Of a stretch of DNA of 53,656 nt, positions 8,188 to 17,932 are shown piece by piece (the stretch's first letter is position 1; each line of letters starts with the position of its first letter). This DNA comes from Smithella sp. SCADC (lineage in GTDB: Bacteria; Desulfobacterota; Syntrophia; Syntrophales; Smithellaceae), in the NCBI GenBank assembly GCA_000747625.2, contig JQDQ01000168.1, positions 1 through 53,656 of the forward strand, in the 5' to 3' direction. The translations under genes were made by a program, and so were the position numbers. The notes beneath the pieces were generated by a model. It made no database searches, was not told the origin of the DNA, and saw only the letters and a program-made list of their open reading frames with translations.

Positions 8188-9831
8188 ATCAACAAGATTT
8201 TCGGAAATACAACAGGTTTACGCGCCGCGCAAATAAAACAGATTGAACGCCTCGGCCATAAAGGTATCCCGCCGGAAAATATCATCACCAACGATCTGGC
8301 CCGGCAATTATCTTCTATTTCCCGTGAAATCAACCGGCAAATCGGCCTGCTCATCAGCCGCAAGGGCGAAATCAGTTCCGTTATCGTCGGCGATCATAAA
8401 AGTATTTTAATTCCCAATCTGGACGGATTCCGTTCTTCCTCTCTGCGCTTTAAAGGATTGCGGCTGATTCACACGCATTTAAACGGCGAGGAACTTTCCG
8501 GCGAGGATTTAACAGACCTGTCCCATCTGCGGCTTGATCTCATCGGGGCGCTGGAAGTCAAGGAAGACGGCTCTCCCGGCGTGATGCACCGGGCGCATCT
8601 CATCGCAGAAAATCCAGAGGGGAACTACTGGCTGATAATGAAGCCTGAAGAACCGCACCGGATGCAGATAAATTTTCTTTCCTTCATACAGGCGCTGGAG
8701 GATGAGTTTGCAAGGAAACAGAAATCACGGAAAATTGACGCGGCGGAAAAAGCCATTCTTCTGCGTGTGGAGAAGAATCCGCTCGCCGGAGCTGAAACAT
8801 CGCTTGCGGAACTGGCCCAACTGGCGCGCACCTGCGGCGTCGAAGTTTTTGATTCCATCGTGCAGTATCGTCCTCAACCCGATCCTAAATTCATGGTCGG
8901 ACGGGGAAAGCTATCCGCCATCGATCTGCGGGCTTCGCAGATCGGCGCCAATATGCTCATTTTCGACCACGAGCTGACGCCGGCACAGGCCCGTTCCATC
9001 AGCAATTTTACCGGATTGAAAATTATCGACCGCACACAGGTCATTCTGGATATTTTCGCCAGACGCGCGCACAGCCGCGAAGGAAAAATTCAGGTGGAAC
9101 TGGCCCAGCTCAGATACCGCCTGCCGCGCCTGACTCATGTGGATACTTCCCTTTCCCGTCTGGCCGGCGGCATCGGTGGCATTGGTCCCGGCGAAACAAA
9201 ACTGGAAATTGACCGCCGCCGCATCCGCGAGCGTATTCACCGCCTGGAAAAGGATTTAAAAGCGATAACAAAATCACGGCGGCAACGCTCCAGCAGAAGA
9301 GAAAAAACAGGACTGCCCATTATTTCCATCGTCGGTTATACCAACGCGGGCAAATCCACGCTGCTCAACACCCTGACCCAAAGCTCGGTTTTAGTTGAAG
9401 ATAAACTCTTCGCCACGCTGGACACAAAAAGCGCCCGCCTGCGTTTTCCTCAGGACACGGAAGCGATTATCACCGACACGGTCGGCTTTATCCGCAGTCT
9501 GCCGGGGGAATTATTCACCGCTTTCCGGGCTACACTGGACGAACTGCTCGATGCCGACATTCTCCTGCATGTTATTGATGCGAGCAGCAGTCAGTTTGAA
9601 GAACAAATCGCCGCCGTGGAAAAAATTCTGGAAGATCTGGAAATTAACGGCAAGCCAACCATCCGGGTGCTCAACAAATCCGACCGCGTTGCCGACAAAG
9701 AAATGCTTCAAAATCTCTGTCGTCGTCTGGATGCTGTCGCTGTTTCGGCGCTGGATAAACGAACTCTTTTCGTATTGATGGAAAAAATAGAATCGTTGCT
9801 TGCAGGTAAACACAACTTTTCTCCGCGCTGA
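8188..9831 (+). CDS. hflX: GTPase HflX, long N-terminal form; probable non-canonical ATC start at 8188
   Basis: GYTNAGKST, DKLFATLD, DTVGF, NKSD motifs and GPGETKLE; frame open from 8152 with INKIFGNTTGL..Q...ERL conserved-looking N-terminus; AAAGGA upstream of the ATC. Confidence 0.93.
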   Translation: MNKIFGNTTGLRAAQIKQIERLGHKGIPPENIITNDLARQLSSISREINRQIGLLISRKGEISSVIVGDHKSILIPNLDGFRSSSLRFKGLRLIHTHLNGEELSGEDLTDLSHLRLDLIGALEVKEDGSPGVMHRAHLIAENPEGNYWLIMKPEEPHRMQINFLSFIQALEDEFARKQKSRKIDAAEKAILLRVEKNPLAGAETSLAELAQLARTCGVEVFDSIVQYRPQPDPKFMVGRGKLSAIDLRASQIGANMLIFDHELTPAQARSISNFTGLKIIDRTQVILDIFARRAHSREGKIQVELAQLRYRLPRLTHVDTSLSRLAGGIGGIGPGETKLEIDRRRIRERIHRLEKDLKAITKSRRQRSSRREKTGLPIISIVGYTNAGKSTLLNTLTQSSVLVEDKLFATLDTKSARLRFPQDTEAIITDTVGFIRSLPGELFTAFRATLDELLDADILLHVIDASSSQFEEQIAAVEKILEDLEINGKPTIRVLNKSDRVADKEMLQNLCRRLDAVAVSALDKRTLFVLMEKIESLLAGKHNFSPR

Positions 9832-9955
9832 TTTTGTGCTATGGAGAGTTAATAAAGCTGTCATTCCCGCGAAGTGCCCGTCGGGGTAAATCCCGATTCG
9901 AAGCTGGGCGTATGAGACTGTGTCATAATTGCAAATATGGATTGTGTGCAATAAG

Positions 9956-10090
9956 TAATGTCCCCCGCTGGCGGGGGCAGGGGGTGGATTCTTTTAAAAC
10001 ATATCTAATTTTGGCCAGTTACGCATTACATGAATTTTATCCACCTCCGTCCCGATTGCATCGGGACACCTCCGCCAGCGGAGGACATTA
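9956..10090. repeat. Palindromic repeat family B, copy 2 (inverted relative to copy 1)
   Basis: TAATGTCCCCCGCTGGCGGGGG..GGTGGA-spacer-TCCACCTCCGTCCCGATTGCATCGGGACACCTCCGCCAGCGGAGGACATTA. Confidence 0.85.
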
Positions 10091-10118
10091 AAATGAATAT
10101 GGAAAAAGCAGTACATTC

Positions 10119-10679
10119 ATGAATAAGGAATTTGTTGAAATACGCTGGCATGGCCGCGGCGGCCAGGGCGCCATAACGGCGGCAAAGATTGTTGCCGGAG
10201 TTGCCTTTATTTCCGGTTATTCAGGGGTTGTTATGGCCCCGACTTTCGGCACGGAGCGCCGTGGAGCGCCGGTTACGACATCTCTGAAAATATCCAAAGA
10301 AAAAATTTACGATTTATCACCCATAGAAGAACCTGATATTATTGTTGTTCTTGACCATCTGCTGCTTTCCGAAGGGGATGTAACCTGCGGACTCAAACCC
10401 GGTGGAATCATCGTTTTGAACACACCAAAAGCTTTTGAAACATACAATTTCAAAAATTACAGGCTGGCAACCGCAGACATAACGGCTATATCGGTAGAGG
10501 CAGGCCTTCCTCATGGCATAATCAATACGGGGATCATCGGTTCCTTTGCGAAAGCCACAAATCTCCTGAATTTTGATACTCTGACTAAAGGCATTGAAGA
10601 GGAATTCAGGACAAGAAATCCCCAAAAGAACTCATTAGCCGCCAAAATAGCCTTTGAAAAAACTGTGACGGGAGGTTGA
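10119..10679 (+). CDS. porC: 2-oxoacid:ferredoxin oxidoreductase gamma subunit
   Basis: EIRWHGRGGQGA, FGTERRGAPV. Confidence 0.9.
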   Translation: MNKEFVEIRWHGRGGQGAITAAKIVAGVAFISGYSGVVMAPTFGTERRGAPVTTSLKISKEKIYDLSPIEEPDIIVVLDHLLLSEGDVTCGLKPGGIIVLNTPKAFETYNFKNYRLATADITAISVEAGLPHGIINTGIIGSFAKATNLLNFDTLTKGIEEEFRTRNPQKNSLAAKIAFEKTVTGG

Positions 10680-10681
10680 AA

Positions 10682-10990
10682 ATGGGCACGAGAAACTACA
10701 GAAGAAAAACTTCCCACAGCGAGCCGGGGCCGGGTGACGGCGGAAGGACCGGTTCGTGGAGGGTGGAGCGGCCGGTAATAAATACAAGCCTCTGCATTCC
10801 CTGCAAGAGGAAAGCCGAGGCCTGTTTCATCTGCTGGTTGCTCTGTCCGGATGTTGTCATCTCCCGGACGATACCGCCGGAAATCGATCTGGAATACTGC
10901 AAGGGATGCGGTATCTGCGCTGAAGAATGCCCGACCAAAGCCATCACGATGGTGGACGAAGCGGCATTCTCCAAAGAGGAAAAGGATTAG
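10682..10990 (+). CDS. porD: 2-oxoacid:ferredoxin oxidoreductase delta (2x[4Fe-4S]) subunit
   Basis: TGSWRVERPV, CFICWLLCPD, YCKGCGICAEECP; ATG after GGAGG. Confidence 0.9.
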   Translation: MGTRNYRRKTSHSEPGPGDGGRTGSWRVERPVINTSLCIPCKRKAEACFICWLLCPDVVISRTIPPEIDLEYCKGCGICAEECPTKAITMVDEAAFSKEEKD

Positions 10991-10995
10991 GCGCC

Positions 10996-12195
10996 ATGCA
11001 TATTATAGAAAACGGAAATGTTGCCGCAGCTTTGGGCGTTATGCTATGCCGTGCCAATGTTATTGCCGCCTATCCCATTACTCCTCAGACTCCTCTGACA
11101 GAAAAACTCTCCGAGTATGTGGAATCCGGTAAAATGAAAGCCGAATACATTCCGGTCGAGAGCGAGCATTCCGCTCTGGCCGTGTGCATCGCCGCATCAT
11201 CAGCCGGAGGAAGATCCTTTACCGCCACCAGCGCCAACGGGCTGCTCTATATGCACGAACAGGTTCAGTGGGCGGCAGGCGCCAGACTTCCCATTGTGAT
11301 GTGCGTCGTCAATCGCGCGGTAGGCGCTCCCTGGAACGTCTGGAATGACCAGCAGGATTCGATTTCACAACGCGATACCGGCTGGATACAGATATACTGC
11401 GCTGACCATCAACAGATAATTGATTCGGTCATCAAAGCCTATTGGCTCGCGGAGAAGGTAAGCATCCCGATCATGGTCTGCTATGACGGCTATATTTTAT
11501 CGCATACCTACATGCCCTTTGATGTGCCGGATCAGGAAAAGGTCGATGCCTTTCTGCCGCCGTTTAAACCGGATTACGCTCTGAATCCCGATGAGCCTGC
11601 CAATCTCAATACGGTAACGCTTCCTGACGTCAGGCTTGATGTCAGGGGTGAGCTCGCTCACGGCTATATGGAGATCAGATATCTGCTTCATGAAGAGATG
11701 CGAAAGGCGCTTACCGTGGCCGCGGAAGCGGAAAAAAGATTTGCCGGTATATTTGGCCGGGGCGGCGACCCTTATATAGAACCTTATCTTTGTGATGATG
11801 CCGAATATGTTGCGGTCGGACTAGGCTCTCTGACTTACCAGTTGCGTGTTTGCGTGGATGCCTTGAGAAAAGAAGGCATCAAAATCGGCGTGATGGGCGT
11901 TCGTTTTTACCGGCCATTCCCGGATGTTGCACTGGCCAATGCCCTGAAAGGGAAAAAAGGCGTGATCGTTTTTGAAAAGGCATTAAGTTACGGTTATGAA
12001 GGAGCTCTGGTTTCGGATTTAAAATCGGCGCTTTATGAAAATCTTGCCGGTACCGGCGCTCTGCCTGTTGTACAAAATTTTATCGCGGGAATAGGCGGCC
12101 GCAATATTTTGACAGGAGATTTGACACATAATCTCCGGGCAGCGACAAAAGGCAGGGTTGCGCAGGAACCCGTTTGGATAGGGCTCGATTTCTAG
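10996..12195 (+). CDS. porA: 2-oxoacid:ferredoxin oxidoreductase alpha subunit
   Basis: GNVAAA, AYPITPQT, VESEHSA, FTATSANGL, NRA; start set to ATG 10996. Confidence 0.9.
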   Translation: MHIIENGNVAAALGVMLCRANVIAAYPITPQTPLTEKLSEYVESGKMKAEYIPVESEHSALAVCIAASSAGGRSFTATSANGLLYMHEQVQWAAGARLPIVMCVVNRAVGAPWNVWNDQQDSISQRDTGWIQIYCADHQQIIDSVIKAYWLAEKVSIPIMVCYDGYILSHTYMPFDVPDQEKVDAFLPPFKPDYALNPDEPANLNTVTLPDVRLDVRGELAHGYMEIRYLLHEEMRKALTVAAEAEKRFAGIFGRGGDPYIEPYLCDDAEYVAVGLGSLTYQLRVCVDALRKEGIKIGVMGVRFYRPFPDVALANALKGKKGVIVFEKALSYGYEGALVSDLKSALYENLAGTGALPVVQNFIAGIGGRNILTGDLTHNLRAATKGRVAQEPVWIGLDF

Positions 12196-12203
12196 GAGAA
12201 TCA

Positions 12204-13106
12204 ATGCAGGCGAAGACTACAATTTTAAGTTTACCGGCAGAAGAATTTGTCCATCCGGGAACAAGAGCATGTACCGGATGCGCCCTGGCCATCGCCTACC
12301 GGATAGGCCTCAAGGCTCTGGGTAAGGATACGATCCTTGTTGTGCCGCCGAGTTGTCTTACGGTGCTTCAGGGACTCTTTCCGATTGCCTCGACAAAGCT
12401 TCCCTGCCTGAATGTAACCTTTGCCTCCACAGCCGCCGCCGCCACAGGAATTCTGGCCACACTGAAGGTACAGGGCAGGGATAAGATTAAAGTGGCCGCA
12501 TGGGCAGGAGACGGCGGAACGAGCGACATCGGTTTGCAGGCTTTATCGGGCGCGGCAGAACGTGGCGATAAATTCATCTATCTTTGCTACGATAATGAAG
12601 GGTATATGAACACCGGTGTTCAACGCTCAGGCACGACCCCGATCGGCGCCATCACCGCCAATACGCCGTTCAAGGGAAAGCTGCAGCAGAAAAAAGATGT
12701 GCCGGCAATCATGGCGGCGCATAAGTTAAGCTATGTTGCCACCTGCTCTGCCGCCTACCCGCTGGATCTTTTCGACAAGATAAGAAAATGCGTTGATCTG
12801 CCGGGCACCAAATACATTCACATCCATATTCCCTGCCCGCCGGGCTGGGGATATGACCCTCGCTATGGAATAAAAATCGGACGGCTGGCCGTGGAAACCG
12901 GATATTATGATCTCTATGAAATAATCAACGGCGAGTTCAAATTGACTGCCGCATCAGAAAAGCTGGTGGAAAAACACAAGCTGATACCGGTGCGTGAATA
13001 CTTCCGCACGCAGTCGCGTTTTAAAGTTCTTACGGATGCACAAATAACCGATATTCAAAAAGAGATCGATAAGAAATGGAATGAGTATTACAAAAAGGAA
13101 GATTGA
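12204..13106 (+). CDS. porB: 2-oxoacid:ferredoxin oxidoreductase beta (TPP-binding) subunit
   Basis: ACTGC, GDGG..DIG.QALSG, DNEGYMNTG.QRS, PCPPGW; ATG after AGGAG. Confidence 0.9.
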   Translation: MQAKTTILSLPAEEFVHPGTRACTGCALAIAYRIGLKALGKDTILVVPPSCLTVLQGLFPIASTKLPCLNVTFASTAAAATGILATLKVQGRDKIKVAAWAGDGGTSDIGLQALSGAAERGDKFIYLCYDNEGYMNTGVQRSGTTPIGAITANTPFKGKLQQKKDVPAIMAAHKLSYVATCSAAYPLDLFDKIRKCVDLPGTKYIHIHIPCPPGWGYDPRYGIKIGRLAVETGYYDLYEIINGEFKLTAASEKLVEKHKLIPVREYFRTQSRFKVLTDAQITDIQKEIDKKWNEYYKKED

Positions 13107-13148
13107 CACTATAAATTATCAAAGAGTAATCTTTAAACGGTCAAAGCG

Positions 13149-16100
13149 ATGAGCACCAAAAATAAAATTCATCAGCATCCTGAACCCGGCTCCCGAAAGA
13201 TTATGTTTCGCGGAGATACTGTAACCTTTACGCTTTCATTGGATAAAGAATCGCAAGGTAAAGCCTGGGTGCGCACCAATATAGGCCATGCCTCCATAGC
13301 CAGAAAAGCCGTTATCGATTCGCTGGACAGGAATTTGCCATTGCAGGGAACTGAATGGTTCGATATCCCCATGCGACAGGTTGATTCTCATCATTTTTCG
13401 GTAATGCTGCCTTTGAGTGAGGTGGGACATTTCGAAGCAAAATGCTTTTTCATGTCCGCCGGCAAAACAAAACCTCTCTGGCCGGAAGGCGATAACATCA
13501 CCATCAATGTGGAACCGGCAGATTCGTGTTGCGCTAATATCATTTACAACGCTTTTGTAAGGCAATTTGGGAAAAACAAAAATGGACAACATTCTCCAGA
13601 TGATTCAGACAAATTGTGCATCTTGCACCTTGATAAAAAAGAATATACCGTTATTCCCCGATCAGGCACTTTTCGCGATTTGATTGCCGAACTGGATTTC
13701 ATTGTCGGCAAACTTGGTTGTCGATTTGTGCACCTTCTTCCCATTTCTCCGACACCGACAACTTACGGCCGCATGGGAAGGTTTGGAAGCCCTTACGCGG
13801 CTTTGCATTTCACAGGAATCGATCCGGCGCTCGCTGAGTTTGATATTAAAGCCACCCCCCTCGAGCAATTTGGCGAACTGCTGGATGCCATTCATGCCCG
13901 CAAAGGCAAACTGATGATCGACATCGCCGTTAATCATACCGGTTGGGCTGCCAGCCTTCACGAAACCCATCCTCACTGGTTGCTACGCGACCATACCGGC
14001 GATATCCGCAGGCCCGGCGCGTGGGGCGTTGTCTGGCAGGATTTGACCAGTCTTGATTATTCTCAGCAGGACCTTTGGAAATATATTGCTCATGTATTTC
14101 TGACATGGTGCCGTCGCGGGGTAGACGGATTTCGATGCGACGCCGGATACATGATTCCATTGCCTGCATGGACCTATATTATCGCTATGGTCAGGGAACA
14201 GTTTCCGGAAACAATTTTTCTACTGGAAGGACTGGGAGGCAGAATATCGGTAACCCGGGATTTGCTCAATCATGCCGATTTTAATTGGGCATATTCAGAA
14301 CTTTTTCAGAATTACGATCGGATACAAATCGAAAATTATCTGCCTGAAGCTATCGACATATCAAATACAGACGGAATTGCGGTGCATTACGCGGAAACCC
14401 ACGACAACAACAGACTGGCCTCCCGCTCCAGGATCTATGCCAGGATGCGCACCGCCCTGTGCGCGCTGTGCTCACATCAGGGAGCATTCGGATTTGCCAA
14501 CGGAGTAGAATGGTTTGCTGACAAAAAGATAAGCGTTCATGAAGCCCATCCGCTAAACTGGGGAAGTGCGGAAAATCAGGTAGATCATATTCGCAGGCTG
14601 AATATATTGCTCCGCTCCCATCCGGTTTTTTTTGAAAAAGTTGATTTAAAACTTATTCAAAATGGCGAAGGCAACGTTATTGTATTGCTGCGACGACACG
14701 TTCCGTCCGGGAAAAAACTGGTCATCGTTGCTAACCTGGACGATAAAAAAACGGCAGAAGCAATTTGGGTATTTCAGGCAGACATGGCTATCGGCCCATG
14801 GATTGATCTCTTGACCGAAAGAAAGATAGAGGTAATAACCGGCCCGGATTATCATACATGCAAACTTTCTCCCGGCGAGGTGTTGTGTCTGACAGTAGAC
14901 GAAAAAGATTTAGATTTGCTCAAGCAACCGGAAAGCCTTTCTTTTCTCCCTGAACGTTTATTGTTCCGGAAGTTCAAGGTGAAAGCGATGGAAGTGTTCT
15001 GCTTCTATCACGGAACACAAGATATATCTGACTTCGACTTAATTACGGCAACAAAACAGTTAAGTGATAATCCTGTGGAATTTTGTCGTTCTTTTAATCC
15101 GGATAACCAGGAACACAGGGTTATTTTCTGGCAATGGCCCCGTGACCTCAAACGCGAAGTCATTCTGCCACCCGGACATTTTCTGCTGGTGAAGGCGGAC
15201 AATCCCTTTCGCGCCACCATCATTGACGGATATGAAGAAAATGAACGGGTAATCGTCAGCGAGGAAAGCCTGCCCCAAAATGACGGAACTCATTTCCTCC
15301 TGTTTACGCCCTGTAAAGATATTTCGACAGCAACGCATCTTACATTACGAGTCACTGTATATGAAGGACAAAGAACCCGTCATGAAGATTCCTCTCTACT
15401 TTTCTTAACCGAAACGCCATGTCCGGAATCACCTGCCATGATCAAACGTAACGATCTCATGCAGGGCAATCATATATTTTTATCCACAAACGGCATCGGT
15501 GGCATGTGCAGAGCGAACATAAAGTGGGGGAAACTGAACAGTAAATATGACGCGCTTTTGGCAGCCAATCTCAATCCGCTTTCCCCGGAAGACAGACAAA
15601 TTATGTTTACGCGCTGCCGGGCATGGATTGTCTATCAGGGGTATTCCCAGGAAATTTGTTTTGACAATCTTGATCATTTTAGGACTGAAGGCAACCAGGG
15701 ATTCTGGAAATACGAAATTCCAACCGGACAGGGCGAGCGAATTGACCTTCTGATCGCGGTAAAAATGATTCAGGGGGAGAATACCGTTCTGCTTGAGTTT
15801 CATCGTTTGTCTGCAAAATCGATCAAGGGAAAACTCGACGACAAAGAATCCGTCCAGTTGATTTTACGACCTGACATAGAAAACAGAAATTTTCATGAAA
15901 ATACCAAGGCATACAAGGGACCGGAAAATGCCTGGCCTGCCGCTATCACCATCGAACATGACGCATTTATTTTTACACCTTCGCCGGACAGAAAATTGAA
16001 GCTTCATATTTCAAAGGGAGTATTTGTCTCTCAACCGGAATGGTATTATATGGTTCACCGCCCTGCGGAAAAAGAACGTGGTCTGGATCCCGATTCAGAT

Positions 16101-17444
16101 CTTTTCAGCCCCGGTTATTTTTCTGTATTCATGAAAGGCAGGGAAACAATCTGTTTGACTGCTTTTGTCAATGAAAATCTTCCTGTTTCATCATGTCAAT
16201 TATCCAAAAACCACGCGGGAAAAGAGAATAAATCGGCATCTCCCGAACAGATGTTGCAAGGTGCCCTTAATGCATTTATTGTCAAACGCGACAATTTGAA
16301 ATCCGTTATCGCCGGCTATCCCTGGTTTCTGGACTGGGGAAGAGATTCGCTCATTTTCTCAAGGGGCCTTATCCAGGCGGGCATGATTGATGAAACTTCG
16401 CAGATACTGAAATTATTCGGGGGATTTGAAGATCATGGCACATTACCTAATATGATACGCGGCAATAACGCGGGTAACCGCGATACATCCGATGCTCCGT
16501 TATGGTTTGTTATCGTCTGTGCCGATTTAATAAAAAAGGGAATTTCACCGGCGTTTCTTTCCGAAAAATGCGGAAACAGAACCATGATGGATATCCTGCT
16601 TTCCATAGGCCACTCCTATATCGAAGGAACCTCCAATCATATACGAATGGATCAAACATCAGGACTGATTTACAGTCCGGCGCATTTTACCTGGATGGAC
16701 ACCAATTATCCCGCGTGCACGCCCCGCCAGGGATATTGCATAGAGATTCAGGCCTTATGGCACGCGGCGCTTCTTTTTTTGTCGCATATCGATAAAAACG
16801 GGCACAACTGGGACGTATTGGCAAAGACTGTTGAGCAATCTATCATGGAATTGTTCCTTTTAAAGAATGGTTACATGGCCGATTGTCTACATGCACCACC
16901 CGATGATCCGGCAAAAAAAGGCCTCCCCGACGACTCCCTCCGGCCAAATCAGTTGCTGGCTATTACCATGGGGGCAGTGTCGGACATGACAACCGGCAGA
17001 GACATTCTGGATGCCTGCCAGTCTCTTCTGGTACCGGGAGCAATCAGAAGTCTGGCAGACGCGCCGATAAACTATTCTCTTGAAATTATTTACAACGGAA
17101 ACGTTATCGGAGATCCCCATTATCCGTATAGGGGCCGCTATGGCGGCGATGAGGATACCGGCAGGAAACCAGCCTATCATAACGGAACGGCCTGGACATG
17201 GTTGTATCCATCCTATTGTGAAGCTTATGCAAAAATTTATGGTAAAAACGGCATGGCTACTGCCCGATCTTTGCTCATGGGCAGCCTGGAAATTATCCGC
17301 GATGGTTGCATCGGTCATTTTCCTGAAATTCTTGACGGCGACTATCCACATCACCAGAGGGGATGCGACGCCCAGGCGTGGGGACTGAGCGAATGGTTGC
17401 GTGTATGGAAATTATTGAACAACAGTAATCTACAGATTGGCTAA
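13149..17444 (+). CDS. Large glycogen debranching enzyme: N-terminal GH13 domain fused to amylo-alpha-1,6-glucosidase
   Basis: GSPYA, DIAVNHT, DGFRCDAG, ETHDN (GH13); IAGYPWFLDWGRD, DAPLW, TWMDT, EIQALW, LRPNQ, YHNGTAW, QAW (GDE C-terminal). Confidence 0.88.
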   Translation: MSTKNKIHQHPEPGSRKIMFRGDTVTFTLSLDKESQGKAWVRTNIGHASIARKAVIDSLDRNLPLQGTEWFDIPMRQVDSHHFSVMLPLSEVGHFEAKCFFMSAGKTKPLWPEGDNITINVEPADSCCANIIYNAFVRQFGKNKNGQHSPDDSDKLCILHLDKKEYTVIPRSGTFRDLIAELDFIVGKLGCRFVHLLPISPTPTTYGRMGRFGSPYAALHFTGIDPALAEFDIKATPLEQFGELLDAIHARKGKLMIDIAVNHTGWAASLHETHPHWLLRDHTGDIRRPGAWGVVWQDLTSLDYSQQDLWKYIAHVFLTWCRRGVDGFRCDAGYMIPLPAWTYIIAMVREQFPETIFLLEGLGGRISVTRDLLNHADFNWAYSELFQNYDRIQIENYLPEAIDISNTDGIAVHYAETHDNNRLASRSRIYARMRTALCALCSHQGAFGFANGVEWFADKKISVHEAHPLNWGSAENQVDHIRRLNILLRSHPVFFEKVDLKLIQNGEGNVIVLLRRHVPSGKKLVIVANLDDKKTAEAIWVFQADMAIGPWIDLLTERKIEVITGPDYHTCKLSPGEVLCLTVDEKDLDLLKQPESLSFLPERLLFRKFKVKAMEVFCFYHGTQDISDFDLITATKQLSDNPVEFCRSFNPDNQEHRVIFWQWPRDLKREVILPPGHFLLVKADNPFRATIIDGYEENERVIVSEESLPQNDGTHFLLFTPCKDISTATHLTLRVTVYEGQRTRHEDSSLLFLTETPCPESPAMIKRNDLMQGNHIFLSTNGIGGMCRANIKWGKLNSKYDALLAANLNPLSPEDRQIMFTRCRAWIVYQGYSQEICFDNLDHFRTEGNQGFWKYEIPTGQGERIDLLIAVKMIQGENTVLLEFHRLSAKSIKGKLDDKESVQLILRPDIENRNFHENTKAYKGPENAWPAAITIEHDAFIFTPSPDRKLKLHISKGVFVSQPEWYYMVHRPAEKERGLDPDSDLFSPGYFSVFMKGRETICLTAFVNENLPVSSCQLSKNHAGKENKSASPEQMLQGALNAFIVKRDNLKSVIAGYPWFLDWGRDSLIFSRGLIQAGMIDETSQILKLFGGFEDHGTLPNMIRGNNAGNRDTSDAPLWFVIVCADLIKKGISPAFLSEKCGNRTMMDILLSIGHSYIEGTSNHIRMDQTSGLIYSPAHFTWMDTNYPACTPRQGYCIEIQALWHAALLFLSHIDKNGHNWDVLAKTVEQSIMELFLLKNGYMADCLHAPPDDPAKKGLPDDSLRPNQLLAITMGAVSDMTTGRDILDACQSLLVPGAIRSLADAPINYSLEIIYNGNVIGDPHYPYRGRYGGDEDTGRKPAYHNGTAWTWLYPSYCEAYAKIYGKNGMATARSLLMGSLEIIRDGCIGHFPEILDGDYPHHQRGCDAQAWGLSEWLRVWKLLNNSNLQIG

Positions 17445-17516
17445 ACTCTTTTTTTCAATACAATTTCCTTAAAATTCACCAAAATTTTATCTGTCGTCTA
17501 TCTATAGATATTTCTC

Positions 17517-17545
17517 TTGACATAAATGACTTTGATAATTAAACT
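17517..17545 (+). promoter_or_regulatory. Sigma70 promoter upstream of the CBM48 gene and glgP
   Basis: TTGACA-17 nt-TAAACT. Confidence 0.6.
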
Positions 17546-17599
17546 TTTTTGTAAATTGGAGGATCTCTCTCATTTACACCGATATTCAAGGAGGACGAT

Positions 17600-17908
17600 A
17601 TGAGTATGAAAAAGAAATACATAAAAAACAGCAAGCTGTGCAAAGTAACCTTTAGGGTCCCCAAAGAAGCTTCCATGAACGCCAAATCAATCTCTATTGT
17701 AGGTGATTTCAACAATTGGAGTATCAAAGACAATCCCATGAAGAAGCTAAAAAGCGGCGAATTCACTCTGGAGCTGGATCTCGAAACCAAAAAGGAATAC
17801 CAGTTCCGGTATCTGATTGATGAAAAAATTTGGGAAAATGACTGGGCAGCCGATAAATATGCAAGAAGTGAATATGGCAATTGCGAAAACTCCGTTATCG
17901 TTGTTTAA
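17600..17908 (+). CDS. Stand-alone CBM48 / isoamylase early-set glycogen-binding protein
   Basis: CKVTF, IVGDFNNW, YQFRYLID, WENDW.AD.Y, ENSV. Confidence 0.88.
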   Translation: MSMKKKYIKNSKLCKVTFRVPKEASMNAKSISIVGDFNNWSIKDNPMKKLKSGEFTLELDLETKKEYQFRYLIDEKIWENDWAADKYARSEYGNCENSVIVV

Positions 17909-17932
17909 ATTATTTTATTAAGGATAGAACAA

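Noticed and set aside
9834-10091. 85-aa ORF after hflX
   Set aside because: Made almost entirely of palindromic repeat sequence
10119-13106. Specific call as phenylglyoxylate or ketoisovalerate oxidoreductase
   Set aside because: Substrate cannot be resolved by eye, and no pad accessory subunits are adjacent
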